Below are positions 19,681-29,979 of a stretch of DNA of 64,000 nt, piece by piece. The DNA is from Candidatus Obscuribacterales bacterium (lineage in GTDB: Bacteria > Cyanobacteriota > Vampirovibrionia > Obscuribacterales > Obscuribacteraceae), in assembly GCA_965228855.1 (NCBI GenBank), contig CBDDIJ010000003.1, positions 384,001 through 448,000 of the forward strand. The letters run 5' to 3'. Every line of letters begins with the position of its first letter. Within the stretch, counting starts at the first letter, position 1. Under the pieces are notes generated by a model. That model ran no database searches, was not told the DNA's origin, and saw nothing but the letters and a program-made list of their open reading frames with translations. The position numbers and the translations under genes were made by a program.

Positions 19681-22600
19681 CTAGAGATGCCTTTGCTCGA
19701 ACTTGGCGAGCTGGCTGTCCGGGTCAATTGAGAGGGCTTTGCCGATTGATTCCTTCGCTTTGGAAACGTCGCCCTGTTCTTTGTTTATCCGGGCCAATTC
19801 GAGCCAGCCATCAACATAGTTGGGGTTGATTGAAACGGCTTTCTTTGCGAATTTCGTAGCCTGAGCGTAGTCGCCTTGCAAGCGCTTAATGCGCGCCAGT
19901 GATTCGTAAGGCCATTCGAAGTCCGGCACGCTCTCTGTGCACGACTTGTAGTATTTCTCGGCATTCAGGAGGTCGCCTGTCAATTCCGAAGTCCGGCCCT
20001 TTTGAAACTCCTTGGTGACGACGAGGTCTACCTGACGTTTCGGCACATACGCGCTGAGGAAACGCTCTGCTCTCTGCCGCGTATCCGTTGCAGTTCTCTC
20101 GTTTCCGGTTGCCGCTTCTGTTTTCGCATCTGTTTTTTCTTCTGAAACAGAACCGCTTGCAGCTGCTCGCTCCAGGGCCGCTTTCATGTACGAGCGGCTT
20201 GTTTCTATCAAGCCCAGGCTTTTGCATTGCAGTGCCAACTCATAGCTTTCGGCTCCGGATGCATTTGCTGGAAGCGGCGGAGGACTGGGTAGAAACGCCA
20301 GCTCCGCACCAAAGTTCAACAAGTCGCTGGCATTGTTCATCGCGATGTCTGCATCCAACGTACGTTTCTGTTGATTCAAAAGTCGGGCGTAAGCGTTTAA
20401 CGCCTGCCCGCGCACCACCCGTGATGATGTATCGATCTGCCCGTCCGTCATTGCCAGAGCCGTCTTCAATGTAGCTTCGGCCACCTGGTAGTCTTTCTTG
20501 TCGGTTTCCATCTTGCCGATGTCGACCATGAAATCAGCTTCTTTTAGCGGAGATTCAATCGCCCTCGCTAACGCAAGTGTCTCATCGTAGAGCGGCTTCG
20601 CTTTATCAAATTCTTTGTTTCTCACGTAATAGCTGGCTAATTGAGCTATCGCGTTTGCCAAATCCGATTTGTATTGAACGACCGCGTCACCATCCCTGGT
20701 GGCAGCTTCCGCATGTTTGAGCGCTTCGCGTCTCAACTCAACAGTGCGTACACATAACTCTTCCAGCTCAAGGACCTTCTCTTCCCGATTTTTCAATCGT
20801 CTCAGATCTTCCAGTGCGTCTGCTTGTTCCGATGCCAGAAGCGCGATGCGTTCATGATCTTCCGGTTTCTCTCTTGCTGTCTGCAGTTTCTTCTCACTGG
20901 CAGAGGCTTGCGCAACTATTTCGTCAAGCGATCTTGGACCGACGGGCCAGGGCTCGAGAATGGCAGCGCGCCTGCCGATCTGAAGATCGCGTACGGCGTC
21001 GGTCGTTTGACCGAGGTCCTCATAGATCAGTCCTCGGACATGGTGATAATAAGGGTGATCGCTTAAAAGTATCGCGCGGTTTATCTCGTGAAGCGCAAGT
21101 TCCGGTCGTTTCAAAGCACGCAATGCGAGCGCTTTGCCCATCAAGTTCTGCGGCTTTTGTGGCTCCATCTCGACCGCGTTTGTAAAGTCGATGGCTGCTT
21201 CGGCGTAGCGAGCCAGTTGCATATTGGCCATTCCTCGCCAGTAGTAGCCCTCTGAGGAGCTGGAGCAGAGTGCCACCACTTGCTGGAAGTCCGGCAGCGA
21301 TTCGTTGAAACGTGTGAGCGCGCAAAGCAGATAACCGCGATCGCGAAACGCTTGAGCATTGGTTGGATCTAGCTTGATGACCTCTGTGCAGACTTCGATG
21401 TCTTTGCGTATCAGATCCGGATCGTTCACCAGTGCTGGTACCGCGTGTCGCAAAAGCGTTTCATTGCGCTCAACCGATCTGGGCTTGGTGGCACCTTCTT
21501 TAACAAGCGCCATGCCGTCGGAAAAGGGCTCAGCCGCTTTGTAGACAGGTTCAATAAAAGTCTTTCCGGTATTATCGGCGAAACCGAATTTGCCGTCGAG
21601 GCGGATCAATCGCACTCCATCGCTGAGCGGTCCGATGTGATCGAATTGCTTGTCGATTGTTTGCTTCTCTTCCCTGTCGATGATGGTGAAGCGATAATCC
21701 GGATATGCGAAATAGCCTGGTTCTAACGGGGTTGTCGACTCGTCGAAATCTTGAACATTTCCGGTCCGCCGAGCAACGAGGAACCCGCTGCCGACGCGTG
21801 TAATATCGGCATGCGTGTTTTCAATCGGGCACACATCTTTGCCGACGACAGCGACTCCGGTTTTAAATCCTTCCCAGACGACGTCGTATTTGGGCTTGAT
21901 GTCCCACTTCCCTTTCTTGTTTATAAACCCCCATTTCTTGCCGATGCTGGCCGCACACAGCCCTTTCTGGAAATCTTCAACGTCATCAAAAACAGGTTTT
22001 ATAACAACCGTGCCGCTCTTGTTTATAAATCCCCATTTATCCTTCAACTTGATTGCAGCAAGACCTTCGGAGAAGGGCTTGGCGTCCTGGCATTCCGGGC
22101 TAAGCACCACATCGCCGTTTTTATTGAGGAAAATAATCGCGCCGCTATCTTTGGCCAGGCATAGATCATCCGAAAAATTTTGGATGGAGCTGTAGAAGGG
22201 CTCGAATAAAAACTTTCCGTCCTTGTCTATGATTCCGGCTGCTCTAGAACCAGCGATCGCCAGCCACGCTTTTTTCATGGATGGCATTTCTGTGTCTTTC
22301 AAAATGGTCTGGAGCGCATCGCTTGCCTTTTGCGGAAATTCAGGAGAGTCCTTGCCTAACTGAACCGCCGCATATCCGTTCCGGAAGGTCTCCGCTCCTA
22401 CGAATCTGGGCTCTATCACGAACTTGCCGGTGTGATCGATGTAACCCCATTTGTCCTTCACTTTTACCGGAGCAAGACCATCACTGAAGTCACCAGCCAA
22501 ATCGAAATCCGCTCCGATAACGACGTCTCCGGTTTTATCAATATAACCCCATTGATCCGCGATCAAAATCGCCGCAAGCCCTTCGTGAAATTCGTTTGCT

Positions 22601-22863
22601 TCATAGATCATGTAAGGAACAGCTCGCTTTCCTTGTTTGTCTATGAAATAGAATTCCGGCTCCTCCGGCAGCTGCACTCGCTTCACTTTGCCGATGTTGA
22701 TTGGCTTTGCTGTGTCTATTGACTCGGCACGAGTGCCTTTTCTCTCCAGCGGTTTTTGACCGGATTGTTTTGCGTCGTCTTTTTGCTCTTCAGCAAAAGC
22801 GGGACCTGAGGCTGCTGTCAGCATCAGCGTGAGACTCAGGGTCAAACAGATTTTGTTTTTCAT
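19681..22863 (-). CDS. Secreted WG-repeat plus TPR protein
   Basis: Signal peptide, many FSEGLA...KWGFI(D/N)K.G repeats, then TPRs. Confidence 0.9.
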   Translation of the reverse strand: MKNKICLTLSLTLMLTAASGPAFAEEQKDDAKQSGQKPLERKGTRAESIDTAKPINIGKVKRVQLPEEPEFYFIDKQGKRAVPYMIYEANEFHEGLAAILIADQWGYIDKTGDVVIGADFDLAGDFSDGLAPVKVKDKWGYIDHTGKFVIEPRFVGAETFRNGYAAVQLGKDSPEFPQKASDALQTILKDTEMPSMKKAWLAIAGSRAAGIIDKDGKFLFEPFYSSIQNFSDDLCLAKDSGAIIFLNKNGDVVLSPECQDAKPFSEGLAAIKLKDKWGFINKSGTVVIKPVFDDVEDFQKGLCAASIGKKWGFINKKGKWDIKPKYDVVWEGFKTGVAVVGKDVCPIENTHADITRVGSGFLVARRTGNVQDFDESTTPLEPGYFAYPDYRFTIIDREEKQTIDKQFDHIGPLSDGVRLIRLDGKFGFADNTGKTFIEPVYKAAEPFSDGMALVKEGATKPRSVERNETLLRHAVPALVNDPDLIRKDIEVCTEVIKLDPTNAQAFRDRGYLLCALTRFNESLPDFQQVVALCSSSSEGYYWRGMANMQLARYAEAAIDFTNAVEMEPQKPQNLMGKALALRALKRPELALHEINRAILLSDHPYYHHVRGLIYEDLGQTTDAVRDLQIGRRAAILEPWPVGPRSLDEIVAQASASEKKLQTAREKPEDHERIALLASEQADALEDLRRLKNREEKVLELEELCVRTVELRREALKHAEAATRDGDAVVQYKSDLANAIAQLASYYVRNKEFDKAKPLYDETLALARAIESPLKEADFMVDIGKMETDKKDYQVAEATLKTALAMTDGQIDTSSRVVRGQALNAYARLLNQQKRTLDADIAMNNASDLLNFGAELAFLPSPPPLPANASGAESYELALQCKSLGLIETSRSYMKAALERAAASGSVSEEKTDAKTEAATGNERTATDTRQRAERFLSAYVPKRQVDLVVTKEFQKGRTSELTGDLLNAEKYYKSCTESVPDFEWPYESLARIKRLQGDYAQATKFAKKAVSINPNYVDGWLELARINKEQGDVSKAKESIGKALSIDPDSQLAKFEQRHL

Positions 22864-22871
22864 TATTGAAA

Positions 22872-25800
22872 TTATTTCTTGGGCTTCAGGGTACCGGACA
22901 CTGATGTAATTGCATCATCAAGACTGAAGTGCTTTCGAATGGCGTTATTGACGTCTTCGACCGTGACTTTGTCGAGATTGTCCGGATATAAGTCTATGTA
23001 CGACATATCCACTCCAGCCAATTCATAGAAAGATAGGCGGCTGGCAATGTGACGCGGTGAACGCAGGTAAACCGAGAAAACGCCGCTAAGGTGCGACTTT
23101 TCGGTTTGTAGTTCCGTCTCAGTTATACCTTCCTTGAGGTAGTCTTTGACGATACCGGATACGATGTCTTGCGCCCGCTTCAGATTTTCCGGTGCCACGG
23201 AGAACTTAATCGTCCAGGGACCAAAATCCTTAGTTGGATCATCTACCGACGACGAGATTCCGTAACTGAGACCATACTTGTCGCGGACCGGTGCCAGGCG
23301 GCATGAGAAGCTGTCGTAGCCGAGCGCGGCGTTGCCAATTATGGTCGCAAAATATTCTTTGGACAATAAACTGACGTCTACTGCCTTGCCTATGACGACA
23401 TCGCAATTGGCTTTGTCCGGAATTTCGACATTGATCTGTTCAGCCTCTTTGATGGTGTTCAAATCCTTCGTAGAGATTCGAATCTCTTCTCTTTTCTCGC
23501 CGGCCCAATCTTCGAAGTACTTGGCACAGAGCGACTTTGCTTCGTCTTCGGTTATCGCGCCGACCATTGAGAGCACGAAATTGCCAGGCGTGAAATGTTT
23601 GTCGTGAAACGCCTTCAGATCCTTTTGACCGATCGATTTCAACTCAGCAATCTGATCGTTGAAGTCTTTCTGATAGAAGCCTGTAGTCGGTTTGTACAGT
23701 GCTCTAAGAAAGGCATTCCAGCTCATATCTCCTGTATCTGCCAGGTTTTCTTTCAGGTCTGAGAGGCGGATGGTTTTTTCCAACTTCAATTCATCCGCCG
23801 GAAACTTAGGGTTGCGAATGGTGTCGGATACGATATCAATCAACTTATCCAGATCTTCTTTCACAACTTGAGTGTCGAAGTCCGTCCAGAATGAGCCGGA
23901 CGAAAACTCGAGGCTCGTTCCCATGAATTCTAGTTCGTCAGCTAATTGTTCCTTCGTATATTTCTTCGAGCCTTTGTTGAGACCCTCAGCTACGAAGAAT
24001 GGGACCTGGCTCTTTGCGATATCGCAGAAGTGGTCACCGGCGTTCAGACGTCCTGAGATAGCGACGGTGGAGGTTCCCTCCAGTGGAAGAACGAGAACGG
24101 TCATGCCGTTTTCCAGTTTGAAACGTTTCACACGCTTGCCGATGTTAATCGTGTGTTTTTGCTTGGAACCGATCAATTGTTTGATTTGCTCGGCTGATTC
24201 GCTGCCACTGTTGGCGGTGGTAGGCTGGGCACTCGAAGGTTCGGAACCTGGTGCTTGTGATTCGCCTTTGCCGGTGGCCTCACCTTCTTGAGGCTCTGCC
24301 GCCTGTTCCGTCGGTGTCTTACCTTCGCTTGTTTCCGGCTTGATTTCGTCCGGCGAAGGTGCCTTCGGTGAATCGCTTCCCCCTTTGGCCGGTTCTTCAC
24401 CTTCGGCGGCCTTTTTCTCGACAGCGCCATCAGCAGTTTCCTTCCCTTCTGTTTTCTTCGGGAAGTAGTAGCCGACCGTGCGATTGTCTTCGAAACAATG
24501 CGCCTTTATAACGGACTTAACATCATCGTTTGTTACCTTCTCTATGTTGTTCGGGTAGTCCACCCACCAGCGCCAGTTAGCGGCTGAAATCGCTTCGGTC
24601 AACTGTCCGGAGAGCCCCATCGGGTCTGCGATAGAGAGGCGCAGTCCTTTGATAATTGATTGTTTTGCCTTGGACAATTCCTGGTCTGTTGCGCCTGTCT
24701 TTCCGAGTTTACTCAACTCATCGAGAATTGCAGCTTCCAACTTTTTAGGATCGACGCCGACATTGCTTTGTGCCGAGACGACGAACAAACCCGGATCTTT
24801 CAACGAGTACGAGTAACATCCAACCTCTGATGCCAAGCCACTTTCGACAAGACGTTTATAAAGCCGGCTGGAACGTTTCGAGCTGTCGCCCAAGATGGTC
24901 TGCACTATATCCAGTGCATAAGTTTCCTTGCTCAAACACTCCGGAATATGAAATCCAATCGTTACTCTCGGCAGGTCGATGCCTCGACGAACCGTAAAAC
25001 GGCGCTCGCCTTCTTGCGGCGGTTCCGTTGTGTAGACCTTTGGATAGTCGTGAGGTGCTTTTTGAATTGAATTGAAGTTATCTGCAATGAGTTTCAACGC
25101 GTCCTTCGACTCGAAGTCTCCGATAACGATCAAGGTAGCGTTGTCCGGGTAATAGAATTCGTCGTAGAAACGCTTGAGACGCGCTGTTGGCACGCCTTCA
25201 ACGTCGGAACGCCAACCGATTACAGGATGATGATACGGGTGCTCTTTGAATGCTGTCGAGAACAAGTTATTTTCGAGCAGATCTGACGGACTGTCTTCGC
25301 CTCGCTCGAGTTCATTTCTCACAACCGTCATCTCCGCCTGTCTGTCTGATTCTCGGAGTAACAGGTTGCGTATGCGGTCTGCTTCTATTTTGATGCACAA
25401 GTCTAAGTGCGCAGCCGGAACCATCTCGTAATAGTTTGTCCTGTCATACCAGGTGGTAGCGTTATTGATACCGCCTACTTTTTTAAGAACGTCGTCGATG
25501 CCTGTCTTCTTGAGCGGATCGAATGTTGGTGTTCCTTTGAACATCATGTGTTCCAGGAAGTGAGTAGAACCAGTGTAACCAACAGCCTCGTTTCTCGAGC
25601 CGACGTGGTAAACGATCGTGGTGGCGACAACCGGTGTCTCATGTCTCTCGGCTAGAAGGACGCGCATGCCGTTCGCTTTGACCTTATATTCGGCGATACC
25701 CTGGCTGGGCTCACCGACAGCCTCGATGCCGATTTCATCGAGGAACGAACTTTGGACAGGAGTTGAAACGTTTGCTGCGATTTTCGACATGTCTTCTGTT

Positions 25801-26000
25801 GTCCTTGTATTTAATTTTTTTGCTTTCTTCGACGCTTTGTTTTTGTCCTTGACTGTTTCTGTTGGCAGCACTCTAAGTCCCGAGTATGGGTCCAGTCGGC
25901 TGCCGGCTAAGGCAGGAAATGATGACGAGATAAGCAATGAAGCGGCGCCTAGCGCGGTCATTGTACGGACAAAGAGTGAGTGAGATTTGCCTCTGAACAA
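22872..26000 (-). CDS. M16 family zinc peptidase (two-module, secreted)
   Basis: HFLEH motif, NATT, second M16 module without the metal motif; signal peptide; TTG start with AAGGAG SD. Confidence 0.93.
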   Translation of the reverse strand: MFRGKSHSLFVRTMTALGAASLLISSSFPALAGSRLDPYSGLRVLPTETVKDKNKASKKAKKLNTRTTEDMSKIAANVSTPVQSSFLDEIGIEAVGEPSQGIAEYKVKANGMRVLLAERHETPVVATTIVYHVGSRNEAVGYTGSTHFLEHMMFKGTPTFDPLKKTGIDDVLKKVGGINNATTWYDRTNYYEMVPAAHLDLCIKIEADRIRNLLLRESDRQAEMTVVRNELERGEDSPSDLLENNLFSTAFKEHPYHHPVIGWRSDVEGVPTARLKRFYDEFYYPDNATLIVIGDFESKDALKLIADNFNSIQKAPHDYPKVYTTEPPQEGERRFTVRRGIDLPRVTIGFHIPECLSKETYALDIVQTILGDSSKRSSRLYKRLVESGLASEVGCYSYSLKDPGLFVVSAQSNVGVDPKKLEAAILDELSKLGKTGATDQELSKAKQSIIKGLRLSIADPMGLSGQLTEAISAANWRWWVDYPNNIEKVTNDDVKSVIKAHCFEDNRTVGYYFPKKTEGKETADGAVEKKAAEGEEPAKGGSDSPKAPSPDEIKPETSEGKTPTEQAAEPQEGEATGKGESQAPGSEPSSAQPTTANSGSESAEQIKQLIGSKQKHTINIGKRVKRFKLENGMTVLVLPLEGTSTVAISGRLNAGDHFCDIAKSQVPFFVAEGLNKGSKKYTKEQLADELEFMGTSLEFSSGSFWTDFDTQVVKEDLDKLIDIVSDTIRNPKFPADELKLEKTIRLSDLKENLADTGDMSWNAFLRALYKPTTGFYQKDFNDQIAELKSIGQKDLKAFHDKHFTPGNFVLSMVGAITEDEAKSLCAKYFEDWAGEKREEIRISTKDLNTIKEAEQINVEIPDKANCDVVIGKAVDVSLLSKEYFATIIGNAALGYDSFSCRLAPVRDKYGLSYGISSSVDDPTKDFGPWTIKFSVAPENLKRAQDIVSGIVKDYLKEGITETELQTEKSHLSGVFSVYLRSPRHIASRLSFYELAGVDMSYIDLYPDNLDKVTVEDVNNAIRKHFSLDDAITSVSGTLKPKK

Positions 26001-26099
26001 AACGTGGACTCCTTAAAAGTCTGCCGAAAGTAGCACTATATATGGTGCAAGAGCCGACTCACAGAATGAGCCGGCTCCGCTGAGTTTATCGCTGCAAGA

Positions 26100-26702
26100 C
26101 TAGTCTTGGTCTGCTGGTTTGTCTGAAGTCGAGGTTTCGCCGGACGGTGCATCCGTGGTCGAGGACGACTGTTTGGTTTTATCGCTCTTCTTGCCTTTTA
26201 TGGCTTTCTTAGCGCCTTTGCCAAGCTCGTCAGCGCCCTTTTTAGCGCCTTTGCCTACTTCTTCGACCGCTTTCTCGGTGCCTTTGCCGACTTCTTCAGC
26301 ACCTTCAGCTGCGTCTTTGACGCCCTTTTCGGTGCCTTTGCCGAGCTTCTCTACGCCTTTCTTGGTGCCGCGACCAATAGCTTCAGCGCCGTCTTTGGTT
26401 TTTTCGCCAACTTTCTTGACGCCCTTTGCAGTGCCTTTGCCGATGGCTTCAGCACCCTTCATGGTGTCCTCTGCCCCGGTTTTGATTGCTTTGCCGGTGC
26501 CGGTTACGACCTTCTTGGTTCCTTTGCCGATGTCCTCGGCAGCCTTTTCGACGCCGCTGACAACTTTGTTTTTCTTCTTGGTGGCTTTGGTTTCAGTCGT
26601 CGTCGTCGACGTCACTGTCGTCGAGTCCGAAGCGTCCTGAGCGTTAGCCGCGAGTGAAGAGACTGCCAATACTAATGCGAGTGATAGAAAACGTTTTACC
26701 AT
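26100..26702 (-). CDS. Secreted LEA-like 11-mer repeat protein
   Basis: Signal peptide followed by GAE.IGKGT.K 11-residue repeats; start at ATG 26702. Confidence 0.75.
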   Translation of the reverse strand: MVKRFLSLALVLAVSSLAANAQDASDSTTVTSTTTTETKATKKKNKVVSGVEKAAEDIGKGTKKVVTGTGKAIKTGAEDTMKGAEAIGKGTAKGVKKVGEKTKDGAEAIGRGTKKGVEKLGKGTEKGVKDAAEGAEEVGKGTEKAVEEVGKGAKKGADELGKGAKKAIKGKKSDKTKQSSSTTDAPSGETSTSDKPADQD

Positions 26703-26868
26703 TATTTCCCCCCTTATAGAGATAAAGGTCATTGTGTCAAAGTAAAACCGTTTTCGCCACTTGAAAAGGGGCTACTTTAGCGTTTCTTCAATTAAACAGA
26801 ATGCATCCTGATGTATTTTTAGGTGCGCCAATGCGGCGTACTTCTTTACGACTTCCGAGGGAAAAACG

Positions 26869-28287
26869 ATGTCACAAGTAGGAAGACGGCTCAGTCTGTC
26901 GGTCGGGATCGGTTTGTGCCTGGCTCTCACAACCAGTCTCAGCAGTGCTCATGCAGCGGATGTTGACTACAAAGCCGCGGGCGCGGAGGCCACGAAAATA
27001 CTTGGCGACTATCTGAAGATCGACACTACCGTTCCACCTGGCAACGAGAAAAAGGGCGCCGAGTTTCTCGCTGAGATTTTGAAGAAAAGCGGCATCGAGG
27101 CACAAATTTTCGATACCGCACCGGGGCGGGCATGTGTTTATGCTCGGTTGAAGGGCAATGGCAAAAAACGTGGCGTGGTTCTTTTGAACCACATCGATGT
27201 CGTGCCGGCAAATCCTGCCGATTGGAAACACCCGCCGTTTTGCGGTGAAATTTTTGACGGAGAGTTGTGGGGGCGTGGTGCGCTCGACATGAAGGGCATG
27301 GGCATCATCGAACTGGAAGCCATGTTGATGATTAAGAAGAGTGGTATCACTCTTGATCGCGACATTGTTTTCCTCGGAACTCCCGATGAAGAAGTTGGTG
27401 GCGAATTTGGTGCCGGTTGGATTAAGAAGAATAAGCCGGAGCTTGTTAAGGACTGCGAGTTTCTTATCAACGAGGGCTTCATGATCGAGGCTGATAAGAA
27501 CGGTAAGGCGAAGTACTGGGGAGTGAATTTTGCAGAGAAGAGCCCTCTCTGGTTGGAACTGACGGCAAAGGGTCAAGCTGGTCATGCGTCAATGCCACTG
27601 CCCGGTTCCGCGACAAATAAACTCGTGAAAGCGCTCCAGAAGTTGAACGACGCCGGTCCGAATTTCAAAGTTCTTCCGCCGGTCGAGGAGTACTTCAAGA
27701 ATGTCAGCACTCTTGAGGGCGGAGAGCTTAAGGACATCTACGCGACCGTGGCTGATTCTGTCAAAGACCCGGCAAAAGTGAAATTGATCATGGGCGATGT
27801 TTTGAAATCGTCGATGTTATACAACACGGTTTCACTCACGGTTTTGAAGGCTGGTTATAAAACGAATGTGATCCCCGGTGAGGCGACCGCTCAGCTTGAT
27901 TGCCGAATACTTCCCGGCGTGACCAAAGACGAAGTGGTGTCCTATGTGAAGAAAACCATTGACGATCCCACAATTGAAATCGGCGTTATCGAGTGGGATC
28001 AAGCCGAGCCCTCTAAACTCGATACCGACCTGTTTAACTCCATCAAGAAGGTTGCCGCCGACGAGTTTCCGGGCATGCCTGTGGTACCGGTCTTGGTGCC
28101 GTGGTTTACGGACTCACACTGGTTCCGTGAACTTGGACTCACCGCATATGGTTTCGAACCTGTCGAGGTGGGACCGCAACACATGGCTACGATGCATGGC
28201 GTGGACGAGCGCATTCCTGTTAAGGGAATAGAAGATGGCGTTCGCCGTATGTACAAAATCCTGATGGATGTGGGCGGCGCAAAGTAG
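26869..28287 (+). CDS. M20/M25/M40 family metallopeptidase
   Basis: HIDVVP, GRGALDMKG, DEE, GHAS, HGVDERI; signal peptide. Confidence 0.93.
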   Translation: MSQVGRRLSLSVGIGLCLALTTSLSSAHAADVDYKAAGAEATKILGDYLKIDTTVPPGNEKKGAEFLAEILKKSGIEAQIFDTAPGRACVYARLKGNGKKRGVVLLNHIDVVPANPADWKHPPFCGEIFDGELWGRGALDMKGMGIIELEAMLMIKKSGITLDRDIVFLGTPDEEVGGEFGAGWIKKNKPELVKDCEFLINEGFMIEADKNGKAKYWGVNFAEKSPLWLELTAKGQAGHASMPLPGSATNKLVKALQKLNDAGPNFKVLPPVEEYFKNVSTLEGGELKDIYATVADSVKDPAKVKLIMGDVLKSSMLYNTVSLTVLKAGYKTNVIPGEATAQLDCRILPGVTKDEVVSYVKKTIDDPTIEIGVIEWDQAEPSKLDTDLFNSIKKVAADEFPGMPVVPVLVPWFTDSHWFRELGLTAYGFEPVEVGPQHMATMHGVDERIPVKGIEDGVRRMYKILMDVGGAK

Positions 28288-28293
28288 CACGAT

Positions 28294-28635
28294 TTAAAGT
28301 TGAATTTTCTCGATTCGACTCTTTCGTCTTGGCGATCTCTTTCTCGGTTTCTCGGCTTGTAATGCCCGACTCTGATTAAAGATTTCGCTGTAAATCGCGG
28401 CGATTGAGGCGCTGATTTTGGGATCGAGGTTCTGGTTTTCGATTCGCGCGAGAATTTGTTGTTCGCGCGAATTGTCTTGAACAGCGATTCCTCTTAGTTG
28501 TTTGACCTTACCAATGCGTCCGGCAAGGCGCATGCGTTTTTCCAGCAGCGCAATGATGGTCTCATCGATGCCGTCGATTTCGTTTCGCAGTAGATTCAGC
28601 GGGTCCGTATTATTTACTCGTGCTTCTTGTGTCAT
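28294..28635 (-). CDS. Chorismate mutase (AroQ type II)
   Basis: LRNEIDGIDETIIALLEKR...IGKVK...D.SRE; downstream of DAHP synthase. Confidence 0.9.
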   Translation of the reverse strand: MTQEARVNNTDPLNLLRNEIDGIDETIIALLEKRMRLAGRIGKVKQLRGIAVQDNSREQQILARIENQNLDPKISASIAAIYSEIFNQSRALQAEKPRKRSPRRKSRIEKIQL

Positions 28636-28692
28636 TAATCTGGTCCTTAAACGTATTATGCCCTTGAGTTCCTCAAATGAGTCGGAGCGTTC

Positions 28693-29604
28693 TTATGCCG
28701 CTGTCGTTGCCTTTTGCCCGACGTTGCGTGCCGAGGATTGCAATGTTTGCGAAACGACAAGCTCTTTCGCCGGTGCCGGTTTCGCAAGCGGGACCGTTCT
28801 TCCCACGGCTTGAGCGATAGGCTCGATCCGTTTCACCAGATCGCACATGTCCTGGAGCGACAGAGCTTGTCTGGCGTCTGAAACCGACTCTTCCGGACGC
28901 GGGTGGCACTCAATCATGAGACCGTCAGCTCCGCAGGCGATGGCCGCGAGGGCGAGGTCCGGAACCAATTCGCGCTTTCCGGCAGCGTGACTGGGGTCTA
29001 CCACGACCGGGAGGTGTGTTAACTGTTTCAGCGCCACGACTGCGCCGAGATCAAGGACGTTTCTCGTAAACGTATCGAAGCTCCGAATGCCGCGTTCGCA
29101 GAGAATGACGTTGTGATTTCCTTCGCTCATGATGTATTCAGCTGCCATGATAAATTCTTCAATCGTGGCGCACAGACCGCGTTTCAAAATAACCGGTTTG
29201 CTTGCCCGACCGACTGCCTTGAGCAATTCGAAGTTTTGCATGTTGCGGCTGCCAATCTGCAGCATGTCCACAATTGGATCCGCAACTTCGACATGACGTT
29301 CCGACATCACTTCGGTAACGGTTGGAAGTCCAGACGCGCGGGAGACTGCAGCCAGGATTTCCAGACCTTCTTCGCGCATTCCCTGGAATGCGTATGGCGA
29401 GGTTCTCGGTTTGAAAACACCGCCTCGGATGCAGTTGACAGAGCCTTTCAATGCTGAAGCCGATTGGGTCATCATATCCAGGTCTTCAACGGTGCAGGGA
29501 CCGCCGACGATCAATAGTTGCTTGTCTCCAACCGACACGTTCGATGTAATTTCGATTTTCGTCGTCTCGGTTCTTGTTCCTGCTAGTGCTAGTCTGGCAT
29601 CCAT
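28693..29604 (-). CDS. aroF: 3-deoxy-7-phosphoheptulonate (DAHP) synthase, type I-beta
   Basis: [41 protein letters not shown]; true start ATG 29604 with AGGAG SD. Confidence 0.95.
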   Translation of the reverse strand: MDARLALAGTRTETTKIEITSNVSVGDKQLLIVGGPCTVEDLDMMTQSASALKGSVNCIRGGVFKPRTSPYAFQGMREEGLEILAAVSRASGLPTVTEVMSERHVEVADPIVDMLQIGSRNMQNFELLKAVGRASKPVILKRGLCATIEEFIMAAEYIMSEGNHNVILCERGIRSFDTFTRNVLDLGAVVALKQLTHLPVVVDPSHAAGKRELVPDLALAAIACGADGLMIECHPRPEESVSDARQALSLQDMCDLVKRIEPIAQAVGRTVPLAKPAPAKELVVSQTLQSSARNVGQKATTAA

Positions 29605-29651
29605 GATTTGTATTCTCCTTCGATTCATTTTGGGTGTGAAAAATTCTGTGT

Positions 29652-29689
29652 AACGAAACAGCCGGACTCCTTCTGGAAGTCCGGCTGTT
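29652..29689 (-). terminator. Attenuator terminator 2 (proximal)
   Basis: AACAGCCGGACT/AGTCCGGCTGTT 12-bp stem followed by TCGTT on the minus strand. Confidence 0.75.
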
Positions 29690-29710
29690 AGACGCTTTTC
29701 GCGATACAAC

Positions 29711-29773
29711 CTAGCGAGGACTTCCCCGAAGTGTCCGGCTTTGATAGTAGTAGTAAGTGCGTTGTTGAGACAT
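29711..29773 (-). CDS. Tyr-rich leader peptide 2 (MSQQRTYYYYQSRTLRGSPR)
   Basis: ATG with GAAGG SD; TAC TAC TAC TAT; GGAAGTCC in the leader is complementary to GGACTTCC in the terminator 5' arm. Confidence 0.85.
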   Translation of the reverse strand: MSQQRTYYYYQSRTLRGSPR

Positions 29774-29805
29774 TGTTGAAAACCTTCTGTACTCTGCGTT
29801 TCGGG

Positions 29806-29838
29806 AAATAAAAAACCGCAGTCGTTATAACTGCGGTT
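29806..29838 (-). terminator. Attenuator terminator 1 (distal)
   Basis: AACCGCAGT/ACTGCGGTT stem followed by TTTTATTT on the minus strand. Confidence 0.85.
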
Positions 29839-29872
29839 CACCTGTTTGTTTGCTGCGCATCACATCGCTAGC

Positions 29873-29923
29873 TCACATCTGGTGAACCTCATCGTTGTGA
29901 TAGTAGTAGTACTTGCGGGTCAT
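29873..29923 (-). CDS. Tyr-rich leader peptide 1 (MTRKYYYYHNDEVHQM)
   Basis: ATG after GAGAGAG; TAC TAC TAC TAT; GGTTCACC in the leader is complementary to GGTGAACC overlapping the terminator 5' arm. Confidence 0.87.
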   Translation of the reverse strand: MTRKYYYYHNDEVHQM

Positions 29924-29979
29924 GCTTACTCTCTCGGGCGGCGCCGTCATTTAATCTGCGGCTTCGATTAACTTTAGCC

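Noticed and set aside
29605..29841. 79-aa N-terminal extension of the DAHP synthase in the ORF track
   Set aside because: It runs through both terminators and leader 2; the SD-supported start is 29604.
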